Assembly (NCBI GenBank): GCA_018712385.1
Contig: DVHC01000055.1
Span: 1,448-65,447 of the forward strand
From: Candidatus Onthousia excrementipullorum
Lineage (GTDB): Bacteria; Bacillota_I; Bacilli_A; RF39; UBA660
Reading direction: 5' to 3'
Length of the DNA: 64,000 bases
The notes beneath the pieces are model-generated. The model saw nothing but the letters and a program-made list of their open reading frames with translations, did no database searches and had not been told where the DNA came from. Both the position numbers and the translations under genes were made by a program. Shown here piece by piece: positions 9,559-19,212 of this stretch; position 1 is the stretch's first letter, and each line of letters begins with the position of its first letter.

Positions 9559-10026
9559 ATGAAAAAGATTTTTAATGGATTATTTTATGTTTTTAAGTTT
9601 TTGTTATTGATTGCTGCATTTGCTTTAACTTTATTTATTTTAATAAGGATGAATGTGAGACTTGAAAAAAATATTACGTCAATTTTACCTGAGTTAATAC
9701 CTTTTGCCATTTTATTAGTTTTATTTATTATTAATATGATTTTTAGACAACATGGTGTTAATGGGAATGTATTTTATAATTTGACTTGTTGTTTAGTTTT
9801 ATCTACAATTGTATGTGTTTCTTTAAGAGCTATTTTGGATACTAATATGGTTCTTAATGAAAAATATGGTTATGGAGTTGATTTTAACTTTTTTGATAAT
9901 TTTATTGCTTATATAAAAATAATGTTATATGGATTATCTATTGCTGATGTTCTGTTTATGTTTAGAGAAAAAGATAATGATAAAATTAAAGATGAAAAAA
10001 AGTCTAAGAAATTAAAGAAAGCTTAG
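9559..10026 (+). CDS. polytopic membrane protein of the SipW locus
   Basis: About four hydrophobic segments and a Lys-rich tail. No motif recognised. Confidence 0.4.
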   Translation: MKKIFNGLFYVFKFLLLIAAFALTLFILIRMNVRLEKNITSILPELIPFAILLVLFIINMIFRQHGVNGNVFYNLTCCLVLSTIVCVSLRAILDTNMVLNEKYGYGVDFNFFDNFIAYIKIMLYGLSIADVLFMFREKDNDKIKDEKKSKKLKKA

Positions 10027-10093
10027 GCTTTTTCTTTACATTTTGTTTTGTTGTTAATATAATCATAATTAATAAATGAAGGGATGTTGTTAT

Positions 10094-10897
10094 ATGAATG
10101 AGTTTAAGTTTAAGAAAAAGTATGGACAGAATTTTTTACAGAATAGAGCGATTATTGATAAAATTGCAAAGGTTGCTGATATTAAGAGTAATTCTTTAGT
10201 TATAGAAGTGGGACCTGGTAGTGGTAATTTAACTGTTGCTTTAGCAAGTCTATATAAAAATAGTAATATCTTAGCTTATGAAGTTGATAATAGTTTAGAA
10301 GATGTGTTAGCTAGTAGACTTAAAGATTATGATAATGTAAAGATTTTATTTAATGATTTTCTTAAAGCAAATATTGTTAGTGATGTGGGTGAGTATTCAT
10401 ATGATAATTTATATTTTGTTAGTAATGTTCCTTATTATATAACGACTCCTATACTTTTTAAATTAATAGATAGCAATTTAGAATTTGAAAAGATAGTTAT
10501 GATGGTTCAAAAAGAAGTGGGAGATAGGTTTTGTAGTAAGGTATCTTGTAAAGAATATGGGGCTCTTACGGTTATTCTTAATTATTTCTTTAATGTGAAA
10601 AAAGAATTTGTGGTTGATAGAAATCAATTTTATCCAAGACCTAATGTTGATAGTGTTGTGGTATCTTTTAGTAGGAAAGATGAGTTAGAGAGGCTAGATG
10701 ATAAAGATTTTTTTATGAAGCTTGTTCATGATAGTTTTCAGTTTAGAAGAAAGACTCTAAGAAATAATTTAAAGAAATATAAGTTAAGTGTTATAGAGAC
10801 TGTTTTAAATAAATATGGTTATGATTTGAATGTGAGAGCGGAGGCTTTAGATTATAAAATATTTGTTGATATTGCTAATACTTTATCTAGAGCATAA
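10094..10897 (+). CDS. rsmA: 16S rRNA (adenine1518/1519-N6)-dimethyltransferase
   Basis: KKKYGQNFL and EVGPGSGNLT SAM-binding motifs. Position upstream of yabG/veg matches B. subtilis. Confidence 0.9.
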   Translation: MNEFKFKKKYGQNFLQNRAIIDKIAKVADIKSNSLVIEVGPGSGNLTVALASLYKNSNILAYEVDNSLEDVLASRLKDYDNVKILFNDFLKANIVSDVGEYSYDNLYFVSNVPYYITTPILFKLIDSNLEFEKIVMMVQKEVGDRFCSKVSCKEYGALTVILNYFFNVKKEFVVDRNQFYPRPNVDSVVVSFSRKDELERLDDKDFFMKLVHDSFQFRRKTLRNNLKKYKLSVIETVLNKYGYDLNVRAEALDYKIFVDIANTLSRA

Positions 10898-10935
10898 ATA
10901 TAAATCCTTTACATATAATTAAATGGGTGAATTAT

Positions 10936-11715
10936 ATGTTTAAGATTGGAGACTTTGTTACTAGAAATTCTTATAATAATGATATTTTATTTACTATTAT
11001 TGATATTAAAGACGATATAGCTTATTTAAAAGGTATCGATGTTAGGCTCTATGCTGATAGTAGTCTTGATGATTTAGAAGAAGCTGATGTAGATTATGAT
11101 ACTAATAAAGATAGAAATGATGCTAAAAAGATTAAAGATATGCTTAATTTAGATAGAAGTGAATACTTTTATTTGCCAGGAAAGATTTTGCATATTGATG
11201 GCGATAAAGATTATTTGCGACGATGTATAGATTTTTATAAAGATATGCATTTAGAAGCTTATGGGGTTAATTTGGATGAAGATGATTTTTCTAAAGAGAT
11301 TACTTCTTGTTTAGAAAAGTATAATCCGGATATTTTGGTTATTACAGGACATGATTCTTTTAAAAAGAATAAAGATAAGAGTGATTTGGCTAATTATCAG
11401 AATTCTCTTAATTTTGTTAAAGCGACGATGAAAGCTAGAGAGTATGAGAGAAATCAAGATAAACTCATTATTATAGCAGGGGCTTGTCAGTCTTTTTATG
11501 AGGACTTAATTAAAGCAGGGGCTAACTTTGCTTCTAGTCCTAAGAGAATTAATATTCATGCTTTAGACCCTGCTATTATCGCTAGCACTGTCGCTTTATC
11601 TCCTAAAAATAAAGAAATTGATTTGATAAGTTTACTTTCTAAGACCCATTATGGTAGTAATGGAATGGGCGGTATTATTACTAATGGTGTTATGTATGTG
11701 GGGTATCCAAGATGA
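10936..11715 (+). CDS. yabG: sporulation-specific protease YabG
   Basis: VLHIDGD...ILVITGHD...IAGACQS pattern of the YabG (U57) family. Syntenic ksgA-yabG-veg order. Confidence 0.8.
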   Translation: MFKIGDFVTRNSYNNDILFTIIDIKDDIAYLKGIDVRLYADSSLDDLEEADVDYDTNKDRNDAKKIKDMLNLDRSEYFYLPGKILHIDGDKDYLRRCIDFYKDMHLEAYGVNLDEDDFSKEITSCLEKYNPDILVITGHDSFKKNKDKSDLANYQNSLNFVKATMKAREYERNQDKLIIIAGACQSFYEDLIKAGANFASSPKRINIHALDPAIIASTVALSPKNKEIDLISLLSKTHYGSNGMGGIITNGVMYVGYPR

Positions 11716-11924
11716 ATGTTGATAAAGTAAGAGATGAAGTAAAATCTAAAGAAGGAAAGATGCTTCATTTTAAATTTAATGGTAGTAGAAACCAAATAGT
11801 GGAATTTGAAGGGGAGATAATAGAGACTTATCAAGCGATATTTGTTGTTAAATTAATAGATAATAATATTAAATCTTTTTCTTATAGTGATTTGATTACT
11901 TCTAGCTTAGAGATACTTAAATAA
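11712..11924 (+). CDS. veg: Veg (biofilm/sporulation-associated small protein)
   Basis: Similar to B. subtilis Veg (...[24 protein letters not shown]...). Syntenic position. Confidence 0.8.
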   Translation: MNVDKVRDEVKSKEGKMLHFKFNGSRNQIVEFEGEIIETYQAIFVVKLIDNNIKSFSYSDLITSSLEILK

Positions 11925-12027
11925 ATATATATTAGTAAAGTATTTGACAAGTTTTAAAAAACGACTTGCAAAAGTTAGTTAACTGGTATAGAATTGACTT
12001 ATAAGACTTAGTATTAGGAGGTTACAT

Positions 12028-12306
12028 ATGAAAATTACATCTGTAAATGTACGTAAAATTGAAAAAGAAGGTAGTCGCATGAAAGGTATTGCATCAGTAT
12101 TACTTGATGATTCTTTTGCTGTTCATGATATTAGAATCATTGAAGGTGACAATGGACTTTTTATTGCTATGCCTAGTAGAAAGACTCAAGCTGGAGGATA
12201 TAGGGATATTGCACATCCAATTAATCCAGAAGTTAGAGCAATGTTTCAAGATAAGATTATTGAAGCTTATAATAACATTAAAGATGAAGATTCTAAAGAA
12301 GATTAG
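12028..12306 (+). CDS. spoVG: septation/sporulation regulator SpoVG
   Basis: [52 protein letters not shown] is a canonical SpoVG sequence. Hairpin plus T-run terminator at about 12294-12325. Confidence 0.95.
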   Translation: MKITSVNVRKIEKEGSRMKGIASVLLDDSFAVHDIRIIEGDNGLFIAMPSRKTQAGGYRDIAHPINPEVRAMFQDKIIEAYNNIKDEDSKED

Positions 12307-12350
12307 TTCTTCTTTTTTTGTTTGTTGCATATCATTTAGTAGGTGATGAT

Positions 12351-12650
12351 ATGGAAAGCAAGGAAGCAATTATTAATAATTATAATCATAGTATTACGAT
12401 TACAGAAAGAAAGAATTTACTTATTACAGGAGTTAAGAAAATAGAAAACTTTGATAATGAAGAGTTTTTGTTAGAGACAGTTATGGGATATTTGGCTGTT
12501 AAAGGGGAAGATTTGGAACTTGTTAAGTTAGATACTTTAGCAGGTAATGTCTCTATTAAAGGATTGATAAAGGGATTTTCTTATATGGATGATAATAGTG
12601 GTAAGAAAGATAAAGAAGGCTCTAGTGTCTTTAATAGACTATTTAGATAA
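12351..12650 (+). CDS. yabP: sporulation protein YabP
   Basis: HSITITERKNLLITGVKKIENFDNEEFLLET is a typical YabP core. Adjacent to yabQ. Confidence 0.8.
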   Translation: MESKEAIINNYNHSITITERKNLLITGVKKIENFDNEEFLLETVMGYLAVKGEDLELVKLDTLAGNVSIKGLIKGFSYMDDNSGKKDKEGSSVFNRLFR

Positions 12651-12982
12651 TGAGTTTAGTTGAACAAGTAGTATCATTAATCTTTTCTTTTATATATGGG
12701 GGAGTCTTATCAGTCTTATATAATTTTAATTATAATATTCTCTTTTATAAAAATAGAGTTGTTAAGATTATATTTAATATTTTATTTGTTTTTGATTTAG
12801 TACTTATTTATTTTCTTGTTATGAGAAAGATAAATAATGCTGTTATTCATCCATATTTTTATTTATTTATTATCTTGGGCTTTTTTACCTTCTTTAATAT
12901 TACTAAGAAGTTTAGAAAACTATTGAAAGTGCCTGAGGTTAAGAAAAAGCCTAAAAAAGGTGACCAAAAGTGTAAAGAGTGA
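12650..12982 (+). CDS. yabQ: spore cortex protein YabQ
   Basis: Small polytopic membrane protein immediately after yabP, with overlapping stop and start. Confidence 0.65.
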   Translation: MSLVEQVVSLIFSFIYGGVLSVLYNFNYNILFYKNRVVKIIFNILFVFDLVLIYFLVMRKINNAVIHPYFYLFIILGFFTFFNITKKFRKLLKVPEVKKKPKKGDQKCKE

Positions 12983-13049
12983 CTAGTTAATATTGAACTA
13001 GTTTTTTTATGGCTTTATAATATATCTTAGGAAAGTGGGTGAAAATTTA

Positions 13050-13367
13050 ATGGCTAAAAGAAGAAAAAAGAAAAAGTTAGGTCCAGTACTATTGCTTTGT
13101 GTTTCTTTTGCTGTTATTATTTTTACTACGTTTACAATTTTTAGATATTGGACTATGATATATAGTAAATATCAGGAAAAGGGAGAGTTAAAAAAAGAAC
13201 TTGCTTCCTTAAAAGATAAAGAAGAAGAGTTGGAGTCTGATGTTAATAAGTTACAGGATTCTGATTATATAGCAAGATATGCTAGAGAAAAGTATTATTA
13301 CTCTAAAGATGGGGAGTTAATCTTAAAAATACCTGAAGATGATGAAGAGGAAAGTGATAGTAAGTAA
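13050..13367 (+). CDS. divIC: septum formation initiator (DivIC/FtsB family)
   Basis: Basic N-terminus, one TM segment, then a coiled coil (KKELASLKDKEEELESDVNKLQDSDYIARYAREK). Confidence 0.75.
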   Translation: MAKRRKKKKLGPVLLLCVSFAVIIFTTFTIFRYWTMIYSKYQEKGELKKELASLKDKEEELESDVNKLQDSDYIARYAREKYYYSKDGELILKIPEDDEEESDSK

Positions 13368-14683
13368 TGAATATTGAAAGTTTATATAAAGATATTAAAG
13401 TAAAAGATGGGGACTTCTTAGTTTTCGCTTGTAGTTATGGTCCTGATTCGATGGCTTTATTTAAGAGTTTATTAGAACTTAGAAAAAAATATGATATTAG
13501 ATTAGTCTGTGCTCATGTTAATCATGATAAAAGACGTGAGAGTGCTAAAGAGAAAGAAGATTTAGAGAAGTATTGTAAAGATAATAATGTAATCTTTGAA
13601 TATATGAAAATAGATAGATATGGTGATGATAACTTTCATAATGAAGCGAGAAATATTAGATATCAGTTCTTTGATGAAATAGTTAAGAAATATAATGCTA
13701 AATACCTTTTAACTGCTCATCATGGTGATGACTTGATGGAAACAATTCTTATGAGAATTGCTAGAGGCTCTACTTTAAGAGGATATAGTGGCTTTAGAAA
13801 GTTGGTAAAAATGGATGGTTACTACATTTATCGTCCTTTTATAGGTTTAACTAAGAGTGAGTTATTGGATTATTGTCATAAGAATAAAGTTCCTTATGCT
13901 GTTGATAAAAGTAACTTTAGTGATGTTTATACGAGAAATAGATATCGTAAGGAAGTTTTACCTTTCTTGAAAAGTGAAGATAAAGATATTCATAAGAAAT
14001 ATTTAAAGTTTAGTAATGTGTTAAGCCAAGCGGATGATTTTATAGAAGAGGAAGCTAGTAAAGCGATTAGTAAAGTTATTAAAGATAATAAACTATATAT
14101 AGATAGATACTTAGAGATTAATAAATTCTTAAAGAGAATTATTTTAGAGAGATTTATATCTAATTTTTATCAAGATGATTTAATTTTAATAAACGATAAA
14201 CATTTAGATTTAATAGAAAGTCTTATTAATAGTAAGAAGAGTAATGCTAAGGTTAATCTTCCTAATGATGTTGAGGTAGTAAAGAGTTATAATACTTTAT
14301 CTATTAGAAGAAATCCTAATTTACTTAGTAGTTATGAAATAGAAGTAAGTAGGAAAGTAATACTTCCTAATGGACATAAGTTAGAATTATTGGATTCTGT
14401 TAAAGGTAATAGTAATAACATTATAAAATTATCTAGTAAAGATGTTACTTTGCCTTTAATTGTTAGAACTAGAAAGCTTGGAGATGTTATGGCTATTAAG
14501 GGGGGAGGACATAAAAAAATAAAAGATATTTTTATAGATAGTAAGATTCCTCTTGCTGATAGAGACTTATGGCCTATAGTAGTTGATAGTCGTGAAAGAA
14601 TAGTTTTTGTTCCAGGATTAAAAAAATCTAAATTTGATAAGACTAATAGTGAATTTTATGATATAATACTGAGATATGAGTAG
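13367..14683 (+). CDS. tilS: tRNA(Ile)-lysidine synthase
   Basis: PP-loop ACSYGPDSMAL, and HVNHDKRRES. Syntenic upstream of ftsH. Confidence 0.9.
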   Translation: MNIESLYKDIKVKDGDFLVFACSYGPDSMALFKSLLELRKKYDIRLVCAHVNHDKRRESAKEKEDLEKYCKDNNVIFEYMKIDRYGDDNFHNEARNIRYQFFDEIVKKYNAKYLLTAHHGDDLMETILMRIARGSTLRGYSGFRKLVKMDGYYIYRPFIGLTKSELLDYCHKNKVPYAVDKSNFSDVYTRNRYRKEVLPFLKSEDKDIHKKYLKFSNVLSQADDFIEEEASKAISKVIKDNKLYIDRYLEINKFLKRIILERFISNFYQDDLILINDKHLDLIESLINSKKSNAKVNLPNDVEVVKSYNTLSIRRNPNLLSSYEIEVSRKVILPNGHKLELLDSVKGNSNNIIKLSSKDVTLPLIVRTRKLGDVMAIKGGGHKKIKDIFIDSKIPLADRDLWPIVVDSRERIVFVPGLKKSKFDKTNSEFYDIILRYE

Positions 14684-14701
14684 AAAAAAGGAGAGATTTC
14701 C

Positions 14702-16669
14702 ATGAATGTAAATAAAAAAGTTGTTAAAAAAGGTTTACTACCTTATGTCTTTTTACTTCTAGTGATGCTTGGAGTTATATACTTTGTTAGTGTTGCTAAT
14801 CAAAAAGTTAATGTTTTAACTTATGATGAGTTTATGAGTGATTTAGAGGCTAAGGAAGTAAGTGAGATTACTGTAACTCCTCGTGAGAGAGCACAGATTT
14901 ATGAGATTACTGGTAAGTTAGATAATTATAAAGAAAATGAAAGTTTCTTTGTTAGAGTTCCATTATCTGACCAAGTAATGAAAAAGTTAGTGGAAGCGAG
15001 TGAAGCGGATGACTTTGAGTTTACTAGTGTAGCTGATCCAGAGTCTAGTACTATTTTACTTGTAATAGTTAATATTTTACCTATTGCTTTACTTGCCTTT
15101 ATTTGTTTTTGGTTTTTAACTAAACAAATGGGTGGAGGTAAGAATTCTCTTGATTTTGGTAAGAGTAAAGCAAAGCTTTCTAGTGATAAGAATAAAGTTA
15201 CTTTTAAAGACGTAGCTGGTCTTAATGAAGAGAAAGAAGAAGTTAAAGAGTTAATAGACTTTTTAAAGAATCCTAAAAAGTTCCAAAAGTTAGGTGCTAG
15301 AATTCCTAAGGGTGTACTTTTATATGGTCCTCCAGGAACTGGTAAAACATTACTTGCCCGTGCAGTAGCAGGTGAAGCGAATGTTCCTTTCTATTATATT
15401 AGTGGATCTGACTTTGTTGAGTTGTTTGTTGGTGTCGGTGCAAGCCGTGTTCGTGATATGTTCCAACAAGCGAAAAGAACTGCTCCATGTCTTATCTTTA
15501 TAGATGAGATTGATGCTGTTGGTAGACAAAGAGGTACAGGAATTGGTGGTGGACATGATGAGAGAGAACAAACATTAAACCAATTACTTACTGAGATGGA
15601 TGGATTTGGTGAAAATGAAGGTATCATTATTATTGCTGCTACTAATAGACCTGATGTATTAGACCCAGCCTTACTTCGTCCAGGTAGATTTGATAGACAA
15701 GTTGTTGTTAATTTACCTGATGTAAAGGGACGTGAAGAAATACTTAAAGTACATGCTCGTAACAAAGTATTAGCACCTTCTGTTAATATTCCTGCTCTTG
15801 CTAAGAGAACTCCAGGTTATTCTGGTGCAGACCTTGAAAACTTACTTAATGAGGCTGCTTTACTTGCTGTTAGACGTAATAAAGATGCCATTACAATGAG
15901 TGAGATAGATGAAGCTAGTGATAGAGTACTAATGGGACCTGCTAAGACTAGTGCTAAAAGAAGTGAAGCCGACCGTAAGTTAGTTGCATATCATGAATCA
16001 GGTCACGCTGTTGTTGGTATTAAGTTAAAAGGTGCTAACGACGTTCAAAAGGTTACTATTATTCCACGTGGTTCTGCAGGCGGATATAATATGATGATTC
16101 CTAGTGAAGAGAAGATTTGTAAGACTAAAACTGATTTACTTGAAGAAATTACAGGTTTACTTGCAGGACGTGTTAGTGAAGAGGTTGTCTTTGGTGAAGT
16201 TACAACTGGTGCGCAAAATGACTTTGAGAAAGCTACTAAGATAGCAAGAGCTATGGTTACTGAATATGGTATGAGTGATTTAGGACCTATGCAATTAGAA
16301 GAAAGAGAAGGTAGTGCTTTCTTAGGTAGGGACTATGCTAAGAGTAGAAACTTCTCTAATGAAGTAGCTCATGAAATAGATCAAGAAATGCGAAAGATTA
16401 TTGATAAGTGCTATGATGAAGCGACTAAGATAATTAAAGAAAATAGAGATTTACTTGATTTACTTGCTAAGACATTATTAGAGTATGAGACATTAACTAA
16501 AGAACAAATTGATTACTTAGTAGAACATGGGGAGATGCCTCCAGAAGAAGAGGAAACTAACTATGAGAAAATGAGTCTAACTAAGTTAAAAGAACTTGCT
16601 AAAGAAAAAGGAGTTAAAGGTTACTCTAAGATGAATAAAGCAGAACTAATAAAAGAACTTGAAAAATAG
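14702..16669 (+). CDS. ftsH: ATP-dependent zinc metalloprotease FtsH (with an extra C-terminal Rho_N/SAP-like tail)
   Basis: Walker [18 protein letters not shown] region, HESGHAV zinc site. Confidence 0.97.
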   Translation: MNVNKKVVKKGLLPYVFLLLVMLGVIYFVSVANQKVNVLTYDEFMSDLEAKEVSEITVTPRERAQIYEITGKLDNYKENESFFVRVPLSDQVMKKLVEASEADDFEFTSVADPESSTILLVIVNILPIALLAFICFWFLTKQMGGGKNSLDFGKSKAKLSSDKNKVTFKDVAGLNEEKEEVKELIDFLKNPKKFQKLGARIPKGVLLYGPPGTGKTLLARAVAGEANVPFYYISGSDFVELFVGVGASRVRDMFQQAKRTAPCLIFIDEIDAVGRQRGTGIGGGHDEREQTLNQLLTEMDGFGENEGIIIIAATNRPDVLDPALLRPGRFDRQVVVNLPDVKGREEILKVHARNKVLAPSVNIPALAKRTPGYSGADLENLLNEAALLAVRRNKDAITMSEIDEASDRVLMGPAKTSAKRSEADRKLVAYHESGHAVVGIKLKGANDVQKVTIIPRGSAGGYNMMIPSEEKICKTKTDLLEEITGLLAGRVSEEVVFGEVTTGAQNDFEKATKIARAMVTEYGMSDLGPMQLEEREGSAFLGRDYAKSRNFSNEVAHEIDQEMRKIIDKCYDEATKIIKENRDLLDLLAKTLLEYETLTKEQIDYLVEHGEMPPEEEETNYEKMSLTKLKELAKEKGVKGYSKMNKAELIKELEK

Positions 16670-16735
16670 TTCTTTTTTCTGTATTATAAAGTCAGTTATC
16701 CACTTAAACTGTGGAAAAAGATGAAGGAAGTAGTT

Positions 16736-17167
16736 ATGAAAGCTAAGAAAGCAGTGAAAAAAGAAATAGGAGAATTTAGAAAGTTTATTAGTAGAGGTGC
16801 TGTTTTAGATATGGCTATTGGTGTTATTATTGGTGGTGCTTTTTCTAAAATAGTTAGTAGTTTAGTAGATGATATATTTATGCCTTTACTTGGAGTTATA
16901 CTAGGAGGACTTGACTTTAGTGGTTTATCTATTAAAATAGGTGATGCTTCTATTATGTATGGTTCTTTTATACAGAGTATTGTTGACTTTTTAATCATTG
17001 CTATTTGTATTTTTGTAATGGTTAAGATAGTTACTAATATTAGAGATAGAGCAGATAAGAAGTTAGGAATTGAACATAAAAAAGAAGAGAAGAAAAAAGA
17101 TGAACAAGTGGTGTTACTTGAAGAGATTAGAGATTTGTTAAAAGAAAATAAATTATTAAAAAAATAA
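16736..17167 (+). CDS. mscL: large-conductance mechanosensitive channel
   Basis: FRKFISRGAVLDMAIGVIIGGAFSKIVSSLVDDIFMPLLG is a canonical MscL sequence. Confidence 0.9.
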   Translation: MKAKKAVKKEIGEFRKFISRGAVLDMAIGVIIGGAFSKIVSSLVDDIFMPLLGVILGGLDFSGLSIKIGDASIMYGSFIQSIVDFLIIAICIFVMVKIVTNIRDRADKKLGIEHKKEEKKKDEQVVLLEEIRDLLKENKLLKK

Positions 17168-17190
17168 GTATCTAATTTGTGAAAAAACAC

Positions 17191-17219
17191 TTGTATCAAA
17201 ATTGTCTTTAGTATATAAT
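17191..17219 (+). promoter_or_regulatory. sigma-A-like promoter of the small-ORF transcript
   Basis: TTGTAT (17191-17196), 17 nt, TATAAT (17214-17219). The predicted transcription start is near 17226. Confidence 0.5.
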
Positions 17220-17278
17220 ATGTCTAAGGGAACTTCAGTCGTTGAGTGTCTACCTCCTTGAAAGGAGGTTTGATAGAT

Positions 17279-17371
17279 ATGAATAGACGCATCTTTGTAT
17301 TAAAAGTACTTAAGCATATTTCTATCATTTTATCTCTAGTTATCATATTGATAATAGTAATAAAAAAATGA
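17279..17371 (+). CDS. 30-aa hydrophobic peptide, candidate type I toxin
   Basis: MNRRIFVLKVLKHISIILSLVIILIIVIKK. AAGGAGG RBS lies inside the CCTCCTT/AAGGAGG hairpin (17253-17268). The 5' end AAGGGAAC...TGTCTACC pairs with the 3' end GGTAGGCA...GTTCCCTT (17421-17457). Confidence 0.4.
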   Translation: MNRRIFVLKVLKHISIILSLVIILIIVIKK

Positions 17372-17534
17372 CACTTAATTCATCTAATGAATTAAATGTC
17401 TTCCTATAATAATATTTTTGGGTAGGCATTCAACAAGGAAAGGTTGAATGTTCCCTTAATAGTTTATGTAAATTCCTTTTACATATTCATAGTAACACAA
17501 AAGTTTATATTTTGCAAGTGTTGGGTGATTTTAT

Positions 17535-18524
17535 ATGTGGAAAATAGGTAATGTTGAAATAGAAAATAGAGTTGTTCTTGCTCCTATGGCAGGTATTTGT
17601 AATAGTGCTTATCGTAAGATAGTTAAAGAAATGGGTTGTGGACTTATCTATGCAGAGATGGTTAGTGATAAGGCTATATGTTATGATAATAAGAAAACTA
17701 TTGATATGCTTTATATGGAAGATGTTGAACGTCCTATCGCACAACAGATATTTGGTAGTGATGTAGATAGCTTTGTAGAGGCTGCTAAATATATAGAGAA
17801 AGAAATGAGACCTGATATTATTGATATTAATATGGGGTGTCCTGTTCCTAAAGTGGCTTTAAGAGCCCAAGCAGGTAGTGCCTTGCTTAAAAATCCTAGT
17901 AAAGTAAAAGAGATAGTTAAGGCTGTGGTAAATGCTGTTAAATGTCCTGTTACAGTTAAAATACGTAGTGGATGGGATGCTAATCATATAAATGCTGTAG
18001 AAATTGCTAAAATTTGTGAAGAAGCAGGTGCTAGTGCTATTACTGTCCATGGAAGAACGAGAAGTCAAGGATATTCTGGTAAAGCAGATTGGAATATAAT
18101 TCGTGATGTCAAAAATAGTGTTAAAATTCCAGTAATTGGTAATGGTGATGTTACTAGTCCCGAGAAAGCAAAAGAAATGTTAGATTTTACTGGGTGTGAT
18201 GCAGTTATGATTGGAAGAGCTGCTTTAGGTAATCCTTGGCTTATTAGAAATACTGTATTATATCTTGAAGGAAAACCTTATACACTACCTACAACTAATG
18301 ATAAAATAGATATGTGTATTAAACATTTAAAGATGTTAAATGACTTAAAAAGTGAGAAGCAGGCAGTACTTGAAATAAGAAGTCATGTAGGATGGTATCT
18401 AAAGGGTGTTAAAGGAAGCAATGATATTAAAAATAAAATTTATAAAATGACTAAGATATGTGATATACTACAAGTATTAGAAGAGTTTAAGGAGGAACTT
18501 TATGAAGAAGAAAAATGTTTATGA
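17535..18524 (+). CDS. dusB: tRNA-dihydrouridine synthase
   Basis: VVLAPMAGICNSAYR, DINMGCP, VTVKIRSGWD, TVHGRTR motifs. Confidence 0.9.
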   Translation: MWKIGNVEIENRVVLAPMAGICNSAYRKIVKEMGCGLIYAEMVSDKAICYDNKKTIDMLYMEDVERPIAQQIFGSDVDSFVEAAKYIEKEMRPDIIDINMGCPVPKVALRAQAGSALLKNPSKVKEIVKAVVNAVKCPVTVKIRSGWDANHINAVEIAKICEEAGASAITVHGRTRSQGYSGKADWNIIRDVKNSVKIPVIGNGDVTSPEKAKEMLDFTGCDAVMIGRAALGNPWLIRNTVLYLEGKPYTLPTTNDKIDMCIKHLKMLNDLKSEKQAVLEIRSHVGWYLKGVKGSNDIKNKIYKMTKICDILQVLEEFKEELYEEEKCL

Positions 18525-19212
18525 TAAGATTAAAGAGGAAGAAGAGAAAATTAATAAAGAAAATAAGGTTAAGAAAAGTCCTGATATTAAGGCAATGTTT
18601 AGTCAGAGAGTACTTGCTTTTCTAATAGATTTAGTACTTATTAGTATGATAACTTCTCTTATTACAATGTTTGTTCCTGTTAATGATACGGCTACTAAGC
18701 TTTATGAAGAACAAAATAGAGTTTTAGAAGGTTATGTTGAAGGAACTGTTTCTATGGAAGAATATGTTAATCAGATGGTAGATTTAAGTTATGATATTTC
18801 TAGACAAACGGTTATTGTTTCTATTGTCACTATTGTTATAAGTCTACTTTACTATGTTGTTTATCCATGTTATAATAATGGGCAGACTTTTGGTAAGAAG
18901 TTAATGAAAATTAAAATTAAGAAAACTAATGATACAGAACTATCTATGAATGATTTACTTATTAGAGGGATGATTAATAATAGTATTTTAGTTAATATTA
19001 TTAATGTTATTTTAGTACTATTCTTAAGTAAAAATATATTTTTAAGTGCTAGTAGTTTGCTTAGTAGTATTCAATATTTAGTACTTATTATTAGTTTAAT
19101 AATGATAGCATTTACTAAGAATGCACAAGGATTACACGATAAAGTTGCTAAGACTGAAGTTGTAGTTGCAGATACAGTGAAGGAGGATGTTTTATGCACG
19201 AGCGAAAATTAA
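18502..19212 (+). CDS. RDD-family membrane protein
   Basis: FSQRVLAFLIDLVLI...GQTFGKKLMKIKI...QGLHDKVAKTEVV is an RDD-domain pattern. Confidence 0.65.
   Translation: MKKKNVYDKIKEEEEKINKENKVKKSPDIKAMFSQRVLAFLIDLVLISMITSLITMFVPVNDTATKLYEEQNRVLEGYVEGTVSMEEYVNQMVDLSYDISRQTVIVSIVTIVISLLYYVVYPCYNNGQTFGKKLMKIKIKKTNDTELSMNDLLIRGMINNSILVNIINVILVLFLSKNIFLSASSLLSSIQYLVLIISLIMIAFTKNAQGLHDKVAKTEVVVADTVKEDVLCTSEN

Noticed and set aside
12089-12369. ORFs at 12089-12346 (+) and 12100-12369 (-) overlapping spoVG and the yabP start.
   Set aside because: They are alternative frames of the canonical spoVG gene with implausible compositions. spoVG and yabP account for the region.
16696-17199. 167-aa minus-strand ORF opposite mscL. 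Similar long antisense ORFs lie at 23441-24088 (clpC), 15394-15765 and 15350-15571 (ftsH), 22168-22614, 21714-22089 (21714-21920 and 21892-22089), 39115-39601 (39115-39486 and 39410-39601) and 37837-38073 (uvrA), 32849-33067, 25010-25204, 45166-45348, 61041-61238 and 61932-62189.
   Set aside because: These are shadow ORFs antisense to well-supported genes. They have low-complexity S/I/L/T-rich translations, no RBS and no recognisable motifs.
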